IMG/VR virus record: IMGVR_UViG_3300045988_119876 | Location: 1-64,000 of that record | Direction: 5' to 3' (one strand) | DNA length: 64,000 bases | Source of the DNA: a virus | Shown here: positions 36,846 to 47,800 of the stretch, piece after piece | How positions within the stretch are numbered: the first letter of the stretch is position 1 | Layout: each line of letters opens with the position of its first letter | Made by a program: the position numbers and the translations under genes | Notes under the pieces: model-generated | Seen by the model: only the letters and a program-made list of their open reading frames with translations | The model's database searches: none | What the model was told of the DNA's origin: nothing

Positions 36846-38012
36846 ATGAGAGTGTTAAGTTTATTTGACGGAATGTCATGTGGTCAAATAGCGCTAAAAG
36901 AAATAGGGATCACACCTGAAGTATATTATGCATCAGAAATAGATAAGTTTGCTATTAAACAAACGCAATTAAATTTCCCTAATACGATACAAGTAGGAGA
37001 TGTAAGGGATTTGAATGTAGAAGATCTTGGACACATAGATCTTATTTTAGCCGGCAGCCCATGTACGGATATGTCCTTTTCTGGAAAAAGAAAAGGGTTG
37101 TCTACCGTAGAAGGAATAGAAATCAAATCACTTAATGAGTATCTTGAACTAAAAAAACAAGGATTTGAGTTTGCCGGTCAGTCTTACTTATTCTGGGAGT
37201 TTATTCGTATTTTGAATGATGTAAGAAAAACTAATCCTGATGTATTATTTCTTCTTGAGAACGTTAAGATGGGAAAGAAATGGGAGCCAGTATTTGATGA
37301 TGCTATAGGGTGTAAAGGCAATCATATTAATTCAGCACTTGTTTCCGCTCAAACCAGGAAACGTATTTATTGGACTAATATTCAAGGCGGCATTATCCCT
37401 CAACCTAAAGACGAAGGTTTGACTATAAGTGATATAGCGGAATATGAAGTAGATGAAAAATATTACTTATCTGAAAAAGTTTTAAACAATTTAGCTTTTC
37501 ACTTGAAAATAAATCACGACAGGGGAAATCATTATGGAGCTAATATTAAAACAAAAGATGAGAAATCCATAAAGGGTAAATACATGTACGATCTTATTTG
37601 TGTAGCAATGAGAGGCAGGAATCCAGAAAAACCTACATGTGGAGAATCTGGTCTTAAAACAGTTCAGATGATTGAATTTAAAAACGATGGAAAAACCAAT
37701 TGTCTCACAACAGTTCAGAAAGATAATCTTATTTTCCAAATACCAAGAGGATTTAACAAAGGTGGATTTCATGAAGATAAGGCTCCAACATTATCTTGTA
37801 ATTCATATGATAGAAACAATTTTATCATACAGAGAACATTACATGGCGATTTCAGAATAAGAAGATTAACCCCTACAGAGTGCTCCAGGTTACAGACTGT
37901 ACCAGATTGGTATAAATGGGAATGCAGCGAAACCCAACAGTACAAGATGTTGGGAAACGGGTGGACTATTAAAGTGATTGAACATATACTTAAAAGAATA
38001 AAAGAATCATGA
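36846..38012 (+). CDS. DNA (cytosine-5)-methyltransferase (388 aa from ATG 36846)
   Basis: motif I LSLFDGMSCG, motif IV GSPCTDMS, motif VI LLENV, C-terminal QTVPDWY...LGNGWT. Confidence 0.85.
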   Translation: MRVLSLFDGMSCGQIALKEIGITPEVYYASEIDKFAIKQTQLNFPNTIQVGDVRDLNVEDLGHIDLILAGSPCTDMSFSGKRKGLSTVEGIEIKSLNEYLELKKQGFEFAGQSYLFWEFIRILNDVRKTNPDVLFLLENVKMGKKWEPVFDDAIGCKGNHINSALVSAQTRKRIYWTNIQGGIIPQPKDEGLTISDIAEYEVDEKYYLSEKVLNNLAFHLKINHDRGNHYGANIKTKDEKSIKGKYMYDLICVAMRGRNPEKPTCGESGLKTVQMIEFKNDGKTNCLTTVQKDNLIFQIPRGFNKGGFHEDKAPTLSCNSYDRNNFIIQRTLHGDFRIRRLTPTECSRLQTVPDWYKWECSETQQYKMLGNGWTIKVIEHILKRIKES

Positions 38013-38551
38013 TTAGAACAAGATTTTACATTAAAAAATCCGACTGCGATAACGACTACCGTCCAGTCAAATGGCCTATAAAATATCCATATTGGTGTAG
38101 TGGTGAATCCGATGATTCATTCATACTTGTAGCGTATGCCGAAGACGAAGACAGCATAAAAGAGCTGTGGCCGGAAGCATACGATATTAATGTCTTAGAA
38201 AAAGATACTGAGGTTAAATTCACATTAAGATTTCCTAAGCCTAAATGGTATGAATTGCAAGAAGAGAGATTAGAAGAGTATGATAAATTATATGGTAAAT
38301 TCGTATGGGTTACGGACATGTGTCTAAAAGATGGGAAAATAAGAAAGGTAAAAGCCAGAATAGAAGATTGTGGTGGTCTTTTATTAGCCGACACTCCTGG
38401 TCGTTACACCCCTTATCAGATAGGGGATTGTGCTTTTGAAAGCAAGGAAGAGGCTTTAAAACATGCAGAGGAACAGAGAACGGATTTAATTAAGTCTCTT
38501 AGGTTACAAATACTCGAACTTGAAAATCTAAAATTTGAATGCGATGATTAA
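38009..38551 (+). CDS. hypothetical protein (180 aa)
   Basis: ORF track; ATGA overlap with MTase. Confidence 0.5.
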   Translation: MIRTRFYIKKSDCDNDYRPVKWPIKYPYWCSGESDDSFILVAYAEDEDSIKELWPEAYDINVLEKDTEVKFTLRFPKPKWYELQEERLEEYDKLYGKFVWVTDMCLKDGKIRKVKARIEDCGGLLLADTPGRYTPYQIGDCAFESKEEALKHAEEQRTDLIKSLRLQILELENLKFECDD

Positions 38552-39257
38552 TTACGCGGCAAAAGCCAGAAAAGCTTATTTGATAAACAATTTCGATAAG
38601 ATTCTTAACAGCCTCAACACGCTTCATTCGACGGTTGAAACCATGACGTTGTTCGTAAACGACCAGGCTTATAATTACATTCTTAAGCTGAAGGAAGTGA
38701 TTAAGGGTGGTCCTATGTACAAACATAATGTCAAACGATTTTTGAATGATATGGACAAAGAGATAAAGAGGTACAATGCTTCTATCTACTACATAAATAA
38801 AGAGCGTAGTGAGGTTATAGCTGATATAACACAAGCGATGGAAGATTGCCTCATGCCATACATAGACGACCTGGCCGGCGCTATAAGGGCAGCCGTGTGG
38901 TCGAGGGGTGTGTCCGAGGAGCGGACGGAGGTGGCGGTACTGTCCCTAATCGTATCCTCCTTGGCCACGACATCAGGCAGACTTATTTCAGGTGGATATC
39001 AGATCATGAAAGAAATGGGTGGAGGTCAAGGTGGTAATCCATTTACGTTTATGAGCATTGATAAGATAAGACACTTATCTACATCATTATCTGATGCTAT
39101 TACCGGTGGAGAAATAGCTCTTGAAGAAAAAGAAGCCAATGACATAACTAAGGCAATGGATGTTTTTATTGAGAAAATGTCTGATTCGGATATTGTTGAT
39201 AAGGTGATTAGCATACTCGAAGAATCAGAATCTAAAAATAAGGAGGAGCGATCATGA
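38535..39257 (+). CDS. hypothetical protein (240 aa)
   Basis: ORF track. Confidence 0.5.
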   Translation: MNAMINYAAKARKAYLINNFDKILNSLNTLHSTVETMTLFVNDQAYNYILKLKEVIKGGPMYKHNVKRFLNDMDKEIKRYNASIYYINKERSEVIADITQAMEDCLMPYIDDLAGAIRAAVWSRGVSEERTEVAVLSLIVSSLATTSGRLISGGYQIMKEMGGGQGGNPFTFMSIDKIRHLSTSLSDAITGGEIALEEKEANDITKAMDVFIEKMSDSDIVDKVISILEESESKNKEERS

Positions 39258-39445
39258 ATTATTTGGATGGGTATGTAGAAGAAGTTCTTTCTGAGCCGTA
39301 CTATGATGATTATGGCTCTGGGATTTTTAGGTGGTGGGTGGAAGTATCTTACATTTGTGAAGGTACAGAATCAACTACTACATTAATGTTTGATACGAGA
39401 GAAGAAGCAGAGGCAGTAAAACCAGGTTATAAATTTTTATGTTGA
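39254..39445 (+). CDS. hypothetical protein (63 aa)
   Basis: ORF track; RBS aaggagg. Confidence 0.45.
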   Translation: MNYLDGYVEEVLSEPYYDDYGSGIFRWWVEVSYICEGTESTTTLMFDTREEAEAVKPGYKFLC

Positions 39446-39452
39446 AAATAAC

Positions 39453-39689
39453 ATGAGGTATTTTGTTTTATTGATGGCACTTGTGTTATCATCATGTTCG
39501 CATGATGATAGTCAGGTTAATAACGGATGGGTTATATATGATTTACGTCCTTTAGAAGATGGATGTATAATGTATTATGGTGAAGACGAAAGAATTTCAA
39601 TATTTTATAATAATAGGCTTATAAAATTCGTTGGATACCAAGGGGAATACAATATAGGAGATTCTATTAAAATCGTAAAAGTGAAATAA
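39453..39689 (+). CDS. small lipoprotein (78 aa; signal peptide with lipobox LSSC)
   Basis: MRYFVLLMALVLSSCSHDD: positive N-terminus, hydrophobic core, L-S-S-C lipobox. Confidence 0.6.
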   Translation: MRYFVLLMALVLSSCSHDDSQVNNGWVIYDLRPLEDGCIMYYGEDERISIFYNNRLIKFVGYQGEYNIGDSIKIVKVK

Positions 39690-39690
39690 T

Positions 39691-40179
39691 ATGAAAAATA
39701 ATTTGAAACTCGTATGTCCAAAATGTGGCACCCCTCACCAGCCTCATTCTCCGCACACGATGGATGCAGATGGATTTGAAAGGTGTGAGATAAGAACGGT
39801 CATGGAAGACAGGGGATGGTGCTACGAATGCTCTTTTTGGCAAAATATGTACGACAAGCACAAAGACGATCCTGGATGGGTTAGGATAGACGGTGAAAGC
39901 TGGGTGCTTAAGCCTATGGTGAAAAACGTACCGAGCGGATGGAACAGCCTTGGATGCGGTGGAAGAAAGATGTATATCAATATCGAAGGGAAAGGCATTG
40001 TTGTATCAAATAACTGCTGGTGCCAAGGTGATGTTTCGGACGCATTTAAGGATCTGATGCCTGATAATGCTACCTGGGCTACGAAGGAGGAATTTGACAA
40101 AGCTCCTGTAGTAGGATATATTATAGAAGGTATTGGTTTAGTTTTCACAGATAGGGAAGGTCATAAAGCTAATGCTTAG
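39691..40179 (+). CDS. Cys-rich zinc-binding protein, dispersed paralog B (162 aa)
   Basis: colinear similarity to 19446..19850. Confidence 0.55.
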   Translation: MKNNLKLVCPKCGTPHQPHSPHTMDADGFERCEIRTVMEDRGWCYECSFWQNMYDKHKDDPGWVRIDGESWVLKPMVKNVPSGWNSLGCGGRKMYINIEGKGIVVSNNCWCQGDVSDAFKDLMPDNATWATKEEFDKAPVVGYIIEGIGLVFTDREGHKANA

Positions 40180-40420
40180 GAATCTATTTCATGTTCCTAT
40201 TAGAATATTTGAAAGGAAATTAACTAATGGGGAAATAGAATATTGGTGCCAATATCAAAACATTTTTGGGAAATGGAAAAACAGAATAAAATATAATATG
40301 TTTGGCGTGTCGTATTATGCTGTTTTTTATTCATTCGAAGATGCGTATGAATTTAATTATGGTGAGAAAGAAGAAGGAAAGGTAAAGGTAGTGGACTCTT
40401 GTTACAAGAGAAGATGGTAA
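40172..40420 (+). CDS. hypothetical protein (82 aa), last gene of + block
   Basis: ORF track. Confidence 0.45.
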   Translation: MLRNLFHVPIRIFERKLTNGEIEYWCQYQNIFGKWKNRIKYNMFGVSYYAVFYSFEDAYEFNYGEKEEGKVKVVDSCYKRRW

Positions 40421-40424
40421 CTAC

Positions 40425-40467
40425 AATAATCCCCGGCCATACAATAGGTGTACGGTTGGGGATTATT
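40425..40467. other. 10-bp perfect inverted repeat aataatcccc...ggggattatt at the convergence point of the two gene blocks
   Basis: seen in sequence; candidate bidirectional transcription stop. Confidence 0.4.
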
Positions 40468-40534
40468 GTAATATATGATTAATAACCGTCTTATCTTATA
40501 CTAATACATTTTAGTACTATTTTTATATCTTTTA

Positions 40535-40984
40535 TTATAATTCCACATAGGTATCAATAGGGACAAAGCTGCCAATTGTACTTATCTTATATATTGAATG
40601 AATAAGGTGAGTACTTGGACTTAATTTCAGTTGAGGTACTTGATTGGATCCTTCTGTAATAAAGAAATAATAAAAAACGTCTCCAATCGTAAACTGTAAT
40701 ATAATATCACCTGTTACCTGTCCTTCATTAAAGTAAGCCTGGATATATTGTCCAGAATTTGATATCGTACAACTTATAGGATTACCGCCCATCGTACATA
40801 CCTTGCTATTATTAATTTCATCTAAAACATAGGAAGCCGCCATAGTTGCTCCATTAGATCGGTATCTACAACCAAGAATAGGTACAGGATTTCGCCATGT
40901 GGTTGTAGGGGCCGAAATCGAACAAGCAAAAACAGGGATCTTGACGCCGGCAACTGTCTTAATATTTTCAAATCTTCTTCTCAT
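40535..40984 (-). CDS. hypothetical protein starting MRRRF (149 aa)
   Basis: ORF track; ATG verified at 40984. Confidence 0.5.
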   Translation of the reverse strand: MRRRFENIKTVAGVKIPVFACSISAPTTTWRNPVPILGCRYRSNGATMAASYVLDEINNSKVCTMGGNPISCTISNSGQYIQAYFNEGQVTGDIILQFTIGDVFYYFFITEGSNQVPQLKLSPSTHLIHSIYKISTIGSFVPIDTYVEL

Positions 40985-41175
40985 AATTTCATAAAATTAA
41001 TTCAGTAAAAGGGCGGACATAATGTGAACTACCCCTTGAACCTGTATCCAAATGATCTCCTTGGATGTTTATATCATAATACCACGAATAGGTAAATTTT
41101 GTATTTCGAGTGGATGTCCACATTCTATTACTCATTATCGTACCTCCTACCATTAAAAGGCATTCGTTTATTTCA

Positions 41176-41607
41176 TTAGCATACAATGATATCAAAAAAA
41201 AACTCTCCGGCGCCACCTACATATCCATTTTGACCATTTTTAAATAAATAGCTATTAGCTTTATTAAAAGCGTAATCTGTATTACTGGTATCATATTCAA
41301 GATACGCATTCTGATTTTCACGCCCCCAATAATCCTTTTTAATAGTTCCAATATGAGAACTATCTTGTGCAAATATATTGTCTATTTCTCCATCCTTACC
41401 CCAACGAAATGTGCCAATATATTCGGTGGCTATAACAAAACACACTTTATCTACAAGAGCTATTCCATTGCATAGATCATTGGAATATCCTTTATTAGAC
41501 CAATTTTCTTTTGTATATAATCCTCCATCTACATGTTGGATGTATATGCCTTTATTGATTATAAGCGAGGGATTTACCCCCATCCCTATTTGAAATCTTC
41601 GTCTCAT
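41176..41607 (-). CDS. hypothetical protein starting MRRRF (144 aa from ATG 41607)
   Basis: ORF track ORF trimmed to internal ATG; an intrinsic terminator lies upstream of it. Confidence 0.5.
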   Translation of the reverse strand: MRRRFQIGMGVNPSLIINKGIYIQHVDGGLYTKENWSNKGYSNDLCNGIALVDKVCFVIATEYIGTFRWGKDGEIDNIFAQDSSHIGTIKKDYWGRENQNAYLEYDTSNTDYAFNKANSYLFKNGQNGYVGGAGEFFFDIIVC

Positions 41608-41640
41608 GATTTTTTGTTTGCAAGATAGCAATAATTGACA

Positions 41641-41685
41641 ACATAAAAGAAACCGGTTCCCTATCATCTCTGACTGAGAACCGGT
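41641..41685 (-). terminator. rho-independent terminator after the 2140-aa gene
   Basis: stem accggttc/gaaccggt followed on the - strand by TTCTTTTATG. Confidence 0.5.
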
Positions 41686-41822
41686 AAGAAAACAATTTCA
41701 GAAAAAATTAAACCTACATAATCTTTCAAGTAAGAACAAAAAAACGTACAATCTACTCTTTGACGATGCTAATATAGCATATTGGAATCATACAAAAACA
41801 ATGCAAGTCCGATATTCTTCGT

Positions 41823-44800
41823 CTATTTGTAACTAACATCATCGTCTCCTTCCGAATCAGGAGTGGCGCCGATGAAGAACATCATTGACTTGTTGTTCGT
41901 CTGCTGCCACCAATTATAGGCGCGCGCTACGTCTTCCGGCGTCTTGATATTATACCATTGTTTGATAAACGTCTGTTTGGCGAGTTGCCTAAATAACTTA
42001 GACTCTCCTTTGTATGTACCGGACGTCACCTTATCAAGTGAATAATTCCTAAGATCGGTAAGATCCTTAAGTTTCCGTCCCATAACAAACGGGTCGTTAA
42101 TGATATCTACCACATTAAGCTCCATAATAAACGGCATCTGTGAAGCTATTTCATTTATGGTTCTGAATCCAACGTAAGATCCAAATTGAGTAAGCCAACT
42201 TTCTTCGTTTTCATCATCATCACGCCATCCGGCAAGAAGCATGGATACGGCTTGCATGATAAGGAACGTGCCTGCATAGACACTGAGGCGTTTGAGATTA
42301 GTTTTTTCTACCTCATTCATATTGTCTTTATTTTCGTTCCAGGCATCTATGATGTTTTTCATACCAGACTCGGAAGCCAGGCTAAATGTTTTGGCTATCA
42401 TATTCTTTAACGTAATTGACAACCCTTCCTCTTCTTGCATTGTTTGGAAATTGAAGCCACGTCTTTTCCACAGACGTTGAGCCGCCAGCACCAACCATCC
42501 TCGGTGGGCGGTCATGAACCTGGCTATCCAGTTGCGCGATGCGGCAGTTCGGTTTTCTTCATTCAAAGATCCGTTACATATCTGCGACAAGCTACGGACT
42601 TGATTCCTGGTTATAGCCATCTGGGTTTCAACTTCCTCAACAGTAACACCCGATCCTGGCTTTACAACCACCTTCCCATCCACGACGTCTACCATACTCC
42701 ATAAAGTACGATCTTTTAATGCATTCCATTCTCTTTTTATGGTACTCTGTTCTTTATTGCGTTCTTTTTCCATCTTGAAATCTTGGAACGTGTAGAACCG
42801 ACCTTTGTAATAACGAACATTGTCCATAGTAGCAATCATAACCTGCGGATCAAGAGGGTAGTTCAGGATTTCCATAAAAGCATACATAGGTGAACGCATT
42901 AAGGTCCTGGCCACTCTATTGTATCCGGCACCATACATACGATTTCGGATATTGAATATCCCCATTCTCTCACCTATGACATATAATTTGCTTTTCCTAT
43001 CTATGTCTCCGGTTTCTGCTATACAAGATGGAGCAAGGCGTGAAAATTCAGCCGATGCGTATTTAAGGGAATCTTTACTTATATACTGTCCTACGGCAGA
43101 TTCCATGATGAGGTTGATATGACCTGTTAAGGCGCCGGTAGCTGCCACAAACGGGGACAGTGCCAAGTTCATGACCGACATAAATCTTTCAACAGCCATC
43201 ATAATTCTTGTAAGGTCTACCGTATATCCTCCGATGTTCACCGTAAGTTTTTTGGTGTTCATCCTAATGCCATAATAATGATCGTTGAAGAAGTCCCTGA
43301 ACATCTGATATGCTTGGGTTGCTTCAGCCTTTTTACCACCTTCAAATTGTTTATTCAGTAACATCTGCTCCAGTCCTTGAGCGAGCTCTATAGACTTCTG
43401 CTTTTCGTTGTATAACGATGACTGCATCATAAGCATCGAATAAGAGTAGCCAAAATCGTGAGATACATCATCTTGGTTCTCCAATTCATATATGTAGTAT
43501 TTAGGTATAGACCTAAGTCTGTCTTCCGGATCATACACTTCTCCTTGCCTGGTTTTACCGTATAGAGAATCGTCTACTCTGTCCAGGCACAGATCTGATA
43601 CAAAATTACGAACCGTATTTTTGAAGTTAATACCCAATCCTTCCATACGTTCTATGTCTTGTTTTGATATCTGTGGAATAGCATACAGGTTCGGGCTCTG
43701 CTCTTTGTATAGATCAAGGGATTGTCTTTTTATTTCCTTGAGTTTTTGAATCATATTCCACTGCTCTACGTTTTTAGTAGCAACTTCATTACCGTCAGCA
43801 TCATACTTGATACCAAAGTCATTGAAATACGATTCATCACGATATAGGCTTTTCTTAGGCATTCGATGACCATACCCATGATCTTTTACATAATCAGGAT
43901 TACGGCCGCTATTTTCGGCTTCAGATTCAGCCACCCATGCCCTTGCAGGGTCGAAAGACAGGTACGATATGTCCATGCCATAATCTTGGGTGGATGTACC
44001 GTTTTGTACGTCCTTAACCATCTGCGCCACATCTATCTCACCTCGACCTATTTTGTCGATCATAGCCGCATATCCGGTAGGCGCCATGCGTTTATAGTAC
44101 GAAAAGACCTGGCTCCTGGCAAATTCATTAACAATAGCATTAGCTTCTTCTATGCCCTCTTCTCTTGTATTATTTAAAAACAAGCTGGCCATCTTAGCAT
44201 TAACAGCATTCCTAAAATCTCTACCGTCTAATTCTTTGCTTATACCAAGCTTTTCTGACAGGTAGTTGGTTTCAGATACGGTAAACAAATATCGGTTATC
44301 AGCAGCCTTAAACAGCTTATCCCTTAAAGCCTGAATCCTTTTTGCTTTCTTCGCCGTAGTATGACGTTGTACGAACTTCCATTCCACTTCCTTGGAGTCA
44401 GCAAGAGCATTTAAATAAGACTGATTTACTTCGTTTTCAGCCTTACTGCTTTTAGTAAGGTACTTATCAATATCTTCAAGACCCACCATCTTAGCATAAT
44501 CTATCAAAATAGCGTAATCGGCTTCAATAGCTTCAGATGCGGCCCTAAAAGCATCTCTTTCAGATGAGGTAAATGTCGCTTCGTTAATCTCTCCGATATC
44601 AGCCACATCGCGATTGTTTCCGATTATTTCCTTGATAATAGCCTTATTTTTTTCTATATCTTTCACAATAGAATCCACGTCAGTCGCATCTCTATCGCTT
44701 GTCGTAGAACTAATGATATCATGCGCCATTTTGAGATACGAAGCCTTGTTGTTTGATTCGGTGCGCGCTGACTGTTCCGATTCTATATCATTCCAAAACC

Positions 44801-47800
44801 GATCGTTGAATGACAGGTGACCTCCCAACATAAGTGTCTTCAGCGCAGCTTCTCCTCCTGACTCGTTCTGAATCGTTCTCAATTTTTGCAAAAACGATTC
44901 TGATACGACATTAGTGACATTATTTGATTCCTTTCTCCAAACTTCATTTATAGCTTGTATTTCTTTGGCCATCTTAAGTTGGTCGCCGGTTTTTTCCACT
45001 CTCCTGGTTCCTACATATATGTATTCTGAAGCTGCTTCTTTACGTTGTTTACGAAGCAGTCCTTCTTCTTCGTAATTGCTGCTTTTAAAATAGGCAACTT
45101 CATCAAAATTACCACCGCTATCAATAAAAGGCTGCCTCAATATCCGCTTCTGCCGAGAAAGAGCATTAAGGTATTCTTTGGTTGTTTGAGAAACCGGATG
45201 CCCTAATTCTTCTTCAGCCTTTTTGTATATGGATTCCATTCTTGTGGCATAACTTTCGCTAAATTCCAGTTCCGAATTTTCAGCATCCCACTTTTCCATC
45301 TGCTCTGTATAGATCTTTTCCTGCTCGATGGTAAAAATATCGGTATTAACTCTATCAGACGATGGTTTGAATTTAGCGTTTTCAGTAACCGTATTTCCAT
45401 CCTTGTCAACTACTTCTCTTTTAAATACGTAATTACGGTTATTGTCAACCACATCACCAATTTCTTCTTCTGATATCTCTATGTTCATGGCAGTCGCAAA
45501 CGCTCGCATCTGCGCCAGCTTCTTATTACGATCGTATTTAGCCATATCAAGGGCACTACGAAGGTAATTAGAAGTTTTGCCGTCTACTTTCTGAAGCAGT
45601 TTTTCAAATTCAGATTTGTTAAAACCATGCTTTTTCGCATATGCCAGGAAATCGGATATGGCGGGCTGGGCATTCACCATCGCATTGTAATTGTCTTTGG
45701 CAATCATAGCTCCAAGAGCGTTATTGAACGGGCTGGAAGAATGCTCTAATATACCGAACCACCTACTTATCCAAGAAACATCGTGTTGAACCTTATCAAA
45801 GAACTCTTTTACTCTCTTTACCTTATCTGCCGGCACATGAAGTTCGTTCATTAACTTGTCAAGCAACGTACTTTCATCAAGATCTTGTACTGATTTAATA
45901 TCAGACTGAATACCATTGATGTCGGCAATGACGGTATTGATCCTATTTGTATAATCCTGCTTTTCATGTTCATCAAATTCGGTACTTCTGTTACGGATAT
46001 ATCCTCGAAGATCGTTCATGATCGGAAGAACCTGATTGTTGATAATATCTACGTTCTTTCGATCATTGGTATTGAAGTGAAGCTTACCGTCTTTGGTATC
46101 ACCATGAAGGATGGTGTTTACCACATTACTTAAGTATCTGACCTGAGCTTCGGCTGTGGAGATCATGCTGTTCATGGCAGCCGCCATCTCATTCTTGTCT
46201 ATTTCGGTCTCTACCTTATTTATCTTATCTTCTATGGTCTTAAGCTGAGCAAGAGTCATAGACGTAGTTACAGCCCTATCAGAGCTTATCTGACGTAAGT
46301 CTCTTAAGGTTTTTCTTAGTGATCTGATCTTAGACTCAAGAAACTTGTTCTTGTTCATAGAAGAAAGAGAGTATAATGTAAAATCATTATCCTTTAACAG
46401 AGAGGTGTCAAATCCTTTATCTATGTCGGTAATAGCAAGATCGCGAATGTTTTTAATAACATTATTCAAATCTTGTCTTTGGGTAGATAAAGCTGATTTA
46501 AGCCAGCTTACTATTCCAGAGAGAAGCTGCCGGACGCGCCCCAGGAAGGAGGTGGGCTCTACCGGCGCCTGTGCTGTGCCGGTCTGCATCTCCCTGGCAA
46601 GGATCTTTCCAAGAATTTCTCTCCTAACAGCATTATCAAGCTCGGATCCTTCATATACCTTACCGTATGTATTATAATACTGACCTGCATACTGGTTCCA
46701 CTCTTCCGTACCTTCTACATCTTGCAGAACAGCCTCAACAGCATTCTGATCTCTGTATGCCTCTACAAGGAAGTGGGATGTTTCTTCTACTAAATCAGAT
46801 AAAGTAGCATCTTCACCAACTGCTATTACGTTATTGGCAATATCCGCCAATGCCTTAGCAGAAGGTTCATGCCCGTATTTGGTTTGGTACTTCTCTATAT
46901 AATCGGTCATACCTATGACACTAACGCCAAGAGTTTTCAGTATCTCGACAATAGAATTTCGTTGATCACGTTCCTCTTGGCTATAATCTGATACGATCTT
47001 AGCTTTAGTATCAGCGTAAAGATCGTTGTCTTCTAATATGAATGAAACTACAAGCGCATCAAAGTGATCGTATTTAGCATCCAATTCATTGTATCTTCCA
47101 GACTTAAGATCGCTCTTTATCTGCTCCTTGCTAACTCTTTCTGTTCCTCCGGTGGCGAGCCTCATAGTTACCTTACTATTATCCAACGAGCTTATGGTTA
47201 TCATACCTTGGTCGTTCATGGAAACATCTGAACCAAAATGATTACGGAGCTCGGTGTAGGATAAGGCTGAATTGAAAAGTCTAATTTGTCCTGTATGACC
47301 TTCTCCTGTAAGATAATAGCTTCTTGTTTCAGGATCGAATATCTTAGATCCGGACAAAAGACCTTTCTTTATAAGGTAGTTAATTATACCACCTTTTGTT
47401 GATAAAGAAGTAGAAGCAGAAGCGGTCATGACCGGTATAAAAGATTTGGGATTATTAAGAACATACTTTCCAGCCTTGTAAGTAATGTCTGCCACGCCAT
47501 CCACGGTAGATTCTTGAACGGTGCCTGATAAGAATCCTATTCTAATATCATTTCCGCCAGAGCGAAGAGCTTCTCCGTAATCTTCAAATAATTGACTACG
47601 ATCGTTCATGAAAAACAAACGAGGCTCTCCGGTCTGATACGTTACACCCACAGGATTAGAATCTGTCTGTGGTAGCTCTTCTGGGCTAAATATCTTAAGA
47701 CCGTCTTTTATAACCATATAATTAACACCCTTATCCTGTACCATAGATACGGGAGTGAAGTCCGAAGATATAGCATCTTGTAGATACTGCCCTGCGTCTA

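Noticed and set aside
40989-41216. 75-aa ORF between the two MRRRF genes
   Set aside because: It overlaps 41176..41607 by 40 nt, has no good start context and may be a frameshifted fragment of a neighbour. Not annotated as a gene.
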